Positions 59,683 to 64,000 of a stretch of DNA of 64,000 nucleotides are shown piece after piece. How positions within the stretch are numbered: the first letter of the stretch is position 1; every line of letters begins with the position of its first letter. The notes under the pieces are model-generated. The model worked only from the letters and a program-made list of their open reading frames with translations. It made no database searches and was not told where the DNA came from. The DNA is from Candidatus Latescibacterota bacterium. GTDB lineage: Bacteria > Latescibacterota > UBA2968 > GCA-2709665. The stretch covers positions 4,768,001 to 4,832,000 of the forward strand of contig OZ241917.1 in the NCBI GenBank assembly GCA_965203805.1, given 5' to 3'. The position numbers were made by a program, and so were the translations under genes.

Positions 59683-61002
59683 TCAGTTGTTGTGCTTCAG
59701 GCCATCCAGCAATTCGAGCGTCGCGGATTTGATCAATCGTTCGCAGGCCGACGTTATCATCAAGGTGCCGTAATATCGAAACGCGTGATCAACCTCGTAT
59801 CCGCCCTCCGGAAACGCCCCCGCCGTCGGCACGTATCCGATGCATCCGTTGCTGTACGCCAGCGTAAACGTCTTTTCGAACGGCGCCGCCCGATCCATTT
59901 CCAGCTGATAGTCCACGAACATCTCGCCGGGATAAGCCACGAGCGCCGCCTCGCCGATGCGCATCGCCTGAATCTCGAACGCTTCCGGGCGGGGACGCCG
60001 GTTCCGCGCGGCGCGCAGATAGTCTTCCGCCCACTGGATCTGGCCGCGGTACTGACGAATGAGATAGCCGGTTGCGTCGGGTTCCTGCTCTGCCTGCCTT
60101 ACCCGTGTCTTCTGCTCCTCGAGCGCGCGTTCCGCCTCGTCTGCCGGCGGGATTCTAGTGGGCAGATGGATCACCTGGCTGGCTGCATCCAGTCGATTCG
60201 ACCGCAACGCTTCGGAGCCCCGGGCAGCGGCGACGGCTGCCTCGCCCAGCAGTTCGCCTTGCCGCATGGATGTCCGCAACGTGCCGTCCATCGGCGTACA
60301 GTTGATGTCGCCGCAACAGCCCTGCGCAAACATCGGCAGCGCGCCGTCCAATTCACGACGGATCGTCTGCGCCGCATATCCCGGAAATTCCGCGCTGAAT
60401 GCCAGGCCCCGCAGGTTGACGGGATGGGCCGCCGTCGCATATAGAAGCCCGAGTGCGGATCCCGACCGACGGTCGATGCGCAGCACGTCCACCCAGGGGG
60501 CTTCGGGGCCCTCCGGGTTGTGTCCGATCGTCATGCGTCCGTCTCGTACGGCGCGGCGGTTATGGGCGATCCTGACGGGAGCGCGTCCAATTCGAAGCGA
60601 AACGGCTTCAAGCCGGTCCGCGGCCATCCGGACGGCGCCTGCCACCTGCCGGCAAAGCACATCTTCGTATGCGCTGTCACGCAGGCCCATGCTGCGAAAC
60701 GACATCACCGTGGGGCCGGAATGAGAGTGCGATCCGTTCAACAACAGGGCAGAACCGGGTACTCCCGCCCCGCGATCGACCAGAATCCGTATCCGCTGAA
60801 CGAGGTCGGGCGCAAACGAAATCAGATCCGACGTTACGATCGCCAGTCGCGTGCGGCCGTCGTCGAGTACCAGCGCGCGTGCGAACAGGTTGTCGTAAAC
60901 CGTTTCTGCCGGCCCCGCCCGGTTTCCGAATCCGCACAGTGACATGCCGATTGGCGGCGTAATGTTGACCTCGGCAACGCCGGCCTTCAGTTCGTCCGCC
61001 AC
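59683..61002 (-). CDS. Neutral/alkaline ceramidase-like amidohydrolase
   Basis: AG.AEVNITP, SHSHSGP, QGCCGDIN, PGEMF, GYVPT..AFPEGGYE. Confidence 0.8.
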   Translation of the reverse strand: MADELKAGVAEVNITPPIGMSLCGFGNRAGPAETVYDNLFARALVLDDGRTRLAIVTSDLISFAPDLVQRIRILVDRGAGVPGSALLLNGSHSHSGPTVMSFRSMGLRDSAYEDVLCRQVAGAVRMAADRLEAVSLRIGRAPVRIAHNRRAVRDGRMTIGHNPEGPEAPWVDVLRIDRRSGSALGLLYATAAHPVNLRGLAFSAEFPGYAAQTIRRELDGALPMFAQGCCGDINCTPMDGTLRTSMRQGELLGEAAVAAARGSEALRSNRLDAASQVIHLPTRIPPADEAERALEEQKTRVRQAEQEPDATGYLIRQYRGQIQWAEDYLRAARNRRPRPEAFEIQAMRIGEAALVAYPGEMFVDYQLEMDRAAPFEKTFTLAYSNGCIGYVPTAGAFPEGGYEVDHAFRYYGTLMITSACERLIKSATLELLDGLKHNN

Positions 61003-61041
61003 GGGGACCTCCCAACCCGATCACGCAGACCGCTTATCCGG

Positions 61042-62073
61042 CTAAAACTGCCCGTTACGGGCTTCGTACTTGGTTGGCTTGCCAAGCGTCGGGCCACCAT
61101 TCATCACCCAGGCAGCCACCCATTCCATCATCTCGTCGGACGAGGTCCGGGGCAGTCCCATGAGATCGAACAACGCCCGGGAATTGCCCAGCAGGGCTGT
61201 CGGACGCTCCTCGCCCTCGAATGCCGGCGCCCGCCCCATCAGCGCGCCGAGCTTAAGCGCGACGTCTCGCACCTGCAGCAGATCGGGACCGGTCAGATTG
61301 AGCACCCGGGCGGGGCTCTCGCACAGCGGAAAGCTCCGTGCAAGATAGGCGTTCGCGTCGCCCTGCCAGATCTGGTTTACATATCCCATGTTCAGGTCGA
61401 TCGGTTGTCCGCTCCAAATCCTCTGGGCGATGTCCAGAAACACGCCGTAGCGCAACTCCGTTGCGTAGAACAACCGGATAACGGCGAGCGGCGTTCCGTT
61501 CCGCTCCGCGTAGTATGCCGCGAGCCGCTCGCCCCCGAGGCGGGACTGAGCGTATTCCCCGATCGGATCCAGCGGCGACGACTCCACGGAGCCGCCCGTG
61601 TCCGGAGAGACAAACCGGTAGACGTTCCCCGAGGACACATACACGATCCTGGCGTCTGGAAACCGCTGCATCACCTTTCCGGGAAGCAGTGCGTTCATGG
61701 CCCAGGTCAGGGGCTCGTTCCCGGTGGAACCGAATTTGTGTCCCGCCAGCAGGATAATGTGACCCGCGTCGGGCAGACCTCGCAGCGCATCGTCGTCAAT
61801 CAGGTCGCAGCGTACGGTCCGTATGCCGCGGGCTTCCAGGTAGTCCCGATCGGACGGATTGGAAAAACGCGAAACCCCGATGACGCCGCTGGCGCCCGAT
61901 CGCACCATAAGCTCGCCCAGCGTCAACCCCATCTTGCCGGCAATGCCCAGGATCATCACCTCGCCGTCGATTCCGGATACAGCCTCCTGCACCTCGGGAA
62001 TCGGTTGCGTCATCCGATCGACCAGCGCGGTTTCGTTCTCTATGGGATCAAAGGCAAACTTCGACAATTCCAT
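61042..62073 (-). CDS. NAD-dependent epimerase/dehydratase
   Basis: GIAGKMG, SSGNVY, GEYAQSRLGGER, YGVFLDIA. Confidence 0.85.
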   Translation of the reverse strand: MELSKFAFDPIENETALVDRMTQPIPEVQEAVSGIDGEVMILGIAGKMGLTLGELMVRSGASGVIGVSRFSNPSDRDYLEARGIRTVRCDLIDDDALRGLPDAGHIILLAGHKFGSTGNEPLTWAMNALLPGKVMQRFPDARIVYVSSGNVYRFVSPDTGGSVESSPLDPIGEYAQSRLGGERLAAYYAERNGTPLAVIRLFYATELRYGVFLDIAQRIWSGQPIDLNMGYVNQIWQGDANAYLARSFPLCESPARVLNLTGPDLLQVRDVALKLGALMGRAPAFEGEERPTALLGNSRALFDLMGLPRTSSDEMMEWVAAWVMNGGPTLGKPTKYEARNGQF

Positions 62074-62297
62074 CGCCGTTCCCTCAGTTGCTGGACTCCC
62101 GCGCACACCGCGTCCGTCCAATAGACCGGCCGCAGGGGACGATGACGACATTTCGCCGACGCCGGTCGCAGTGAACCGCCCGGGCCGTTTCTCGATCCGA
62201 AGTCCTTTTCGTCCGCGGGCGGAAATTCATAAGAAGATATTTTAAATCAATGCACCATTTTATTAACAAAACTAACGTCTTGTAGACTAGACTATAC

Positions 62298-62326
62298 AAT
62301 ATAGACCGTAAGTCCTTCTCATACAA
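62298..62326 (-). promoter_or_regulatory. sigma70-type promoter of the epimerase cluster
   Basis: TTGTAT-17 nt-TATATT on the minus strand. Confidence 0.5.
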
Positions 62327-62483
62327 CCGAAATCTGGAGTGCGCATGCATGGGGAGGCAAAAGAGTTGACTTTGATTCGACAGAATCATACGTTAATTCA
62401 ATCCCGCGTTCCTGAGAAAGCCGGACTTCGGGTCCGGTGTGAAGGCAGGAATGCCCGTTTCCCGAGGGGACGGTATATCAGCT

Positions 62484-64000
62484 ATGGATTTCCTCGTCCG
62501 GTTCTACCGCATTCTGGAAGGTAAACGTCTTCTCGTCGCCCTAACCGTTGCGTGCGGACTCCTGTTTGCCGCCGCCAACCTTCTGCCACCGCTGCTCATC
62601 AGAGAACTCATCCGCTGGCTGACGGAAGGCGCCGCCGGCGCCGACCTGCTTCGGATCAGCCTGCTTCTTGCAGGGGTCTACCTTTTCAGGGGTGCAACCA
62701 GATACGGTTATGGGTTCTTTTCCCACATTGCCGCCTATCGCGTGATGCATGATCTGATGGTGAGGATTTACCGGCACCTGCAGAACCTTCCCCACCGGTT
62801 TTTCAACAGGCAGCGGACAGGAAATCTCATCTCAAGATCGATCAACGACGTCGAAGCCCTCGAAGACTTCGTGGCTCACGGCGTCCCTGAGACGGCGCTG
62901 GCTGCGATCATACCTCTTTCAATGACTGTTGTGCTGTTCACCCTGAACCCTGAGCTCGCCCTCATCACCCTGATCCCCATTCCGCTGACAACCTTCCTTG
63001 TATACCGTTACGTTTCAAAGGTACGCGCCCTCTGGAGCGCGGTACGGGCGCACCTTGCCGACCTGATCGCGCTTGTCCAGGACAGCTTCGCCGGCATTCC
63101 GGTAATCAAGTCATTCGCGCAGGAACACCGGCGCGCCCGCCTTGTCGAAGCCCAGAGCCGGAAGTTCAGGGACAGCAGCGTTACTGCCAACCGAATCTCG
63201 CTTCTACCCGCCGGCATCATCGAGGCCACCGGCGGAATCGGTATCGTTCTGGTGATCTGGAGCGGCGGCGAAATGGCGCTGGAAGGCGTGATTTCTGTTG
63301 CGGACCTCTTTGTATTCATCGTCTACATGGGGCATATATATCAGCCATTTCTACAACTCGCGTCATTTAACGACATCCTGCAGAAAGCGGCGGCGAGCAC
63401 CGACCGCGTTACCGATCTCCTCGCCGTTGAGTCGGACATCCGTGACGCCCCGGACGCCGTTACGCCGCAAGCCATGTCCTGGGACATCCGGTTCCAGGAC
63501 GTCACCTTCGGATACGATCCCGGGAATCCCGTGCTCTCCGGCGTCGACTTCCACGCAGACGAGGGAGAAATCATCGCACTTGTGGGGCCCACGGGCGCCG
63601 GAAAGACCACCGTTGTCAATCTGATCCCTCGCTTTTACGACCCGCAAAGCGGCGGTGTCTTCATCGGCGGGCACGACGTCCGCACCCTTCCACTGGCCTG
63701 CCTTCGCTCAGGGATCGCGACCGTGTTCCAGGACGTCTTTCTGTTCCATGCCACCGTGCGCGAGAATCTGCTCTTCGGCCGTCCGGACGCGACGGACCGG
63801 CAGGTCCGCGAAGCGGCGCGGGCGGCCAATGCGGAAGCGTTCATCCTGGATCTTCCCGATGGGTACGACACACTCGTCGGGGAGCGGGGCGTCCGGTTGT
63901 CCGGCGGGCAGAAACAGCGGCTTTCCATTGCCCGTGCCGTACTGAAAGACGCGCCGATCCTGATCCTTGACGAAGCCACGTCCTCTGTGGATGCCGAGAC
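62484..64000 (+). CDS. ABC exporter (fused TM and ATPase, MsbA/MdlB-like), 3' end runs off the window
   Basis: Not in the ORF track (no stop). MDFLVRFY..., TM domain, GPTGAGKTT, LSGGQKQR, LILDEATSSVD. Confidence 0.92.
   Translation, partial: MDFLVRFYRILEGKRLLVALTVACGLLFAAANLLPPLLIRELIRWLTEGAAGADLLRISLLLAGVYLFRGATRYGYGFFSHIAAYRVMHDLMVRIYRHLQNLPHRFFNRQRTGNLISRSINDVEALEDFVAHGVPETALAAIIPLSMTVVLFTLNPELALITLIPIPLTTFLVYRYVSKVRALWSAVRAHLADLIALVQDSFAGIPVIKSFAQEHRRARLVEAQSRKFRDSSVTANRISLLPAGIIEATGGIGIVLVIWSGGEMALEGVISVADLFVFIVYMGHIYQPFLQLASFNDILQKAAASTDRVTDLLAVESDIRDAPDAVTPQAMSWDIRFQDVTFGYDPGNPVLSGVDFHADEGEIIALVGPTGAGKTTVVNLIPRFYDPQSGGVFIGGHDVRTLPLACLRSGIATVFQDVFLFHATVRENLLFGRPDATDRQVREAARAANAEAFILDLPDGYDTLVGERGVRLSGGQKQRLSIARAVLKDAPILILDEATSSVDAE

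Overview
GC-rich bacterial chromosome segment. PorV/PorQ-family barrels and an EF-hand/dockerin-like module suggest an FCB-group organism such as Latescibacterota (inference). The left ~24 kb is co-oriented on the minus strand. A PrsK/PrsR-like kinase and sigma54 response regulator sit directly upstream of a clear sigma54 promoter with two enhancer-like dyads. Downstream come a CDP-alcohol phosphatidyltransferase, a flippase-like membrane protein, 8 paralogous secreted proteins built from a ~75-aa repeat module with swapped C-terminal anchors, 2 PorV-like barrels, and at least 5 paralogous small lipoproteins. The array shows segmental duplications, truncated copies, identical patches between diverged paralogs and recurring spacer elements, so it looks like a recombining surface-protein cassette array. 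The rest is mostly housekeeping and envelope genes (pgl-like, SPOR, mltD, mreD, mrdA, rodA, dnaE, aroA, M48 peptidase, ldcA-like, Mur ligase, fused glyQS, rsmD, an Fe(III)-type ABC transporter and several enzymes). A small DUF5069-like gene at 47459-47737 has an in-frame UGA at the family's Cys position followed by a SECIS-like hairpin, making it a probable selenoprotein missed by the ORF track. All family assignments come from motif recognition; no database searches were run.
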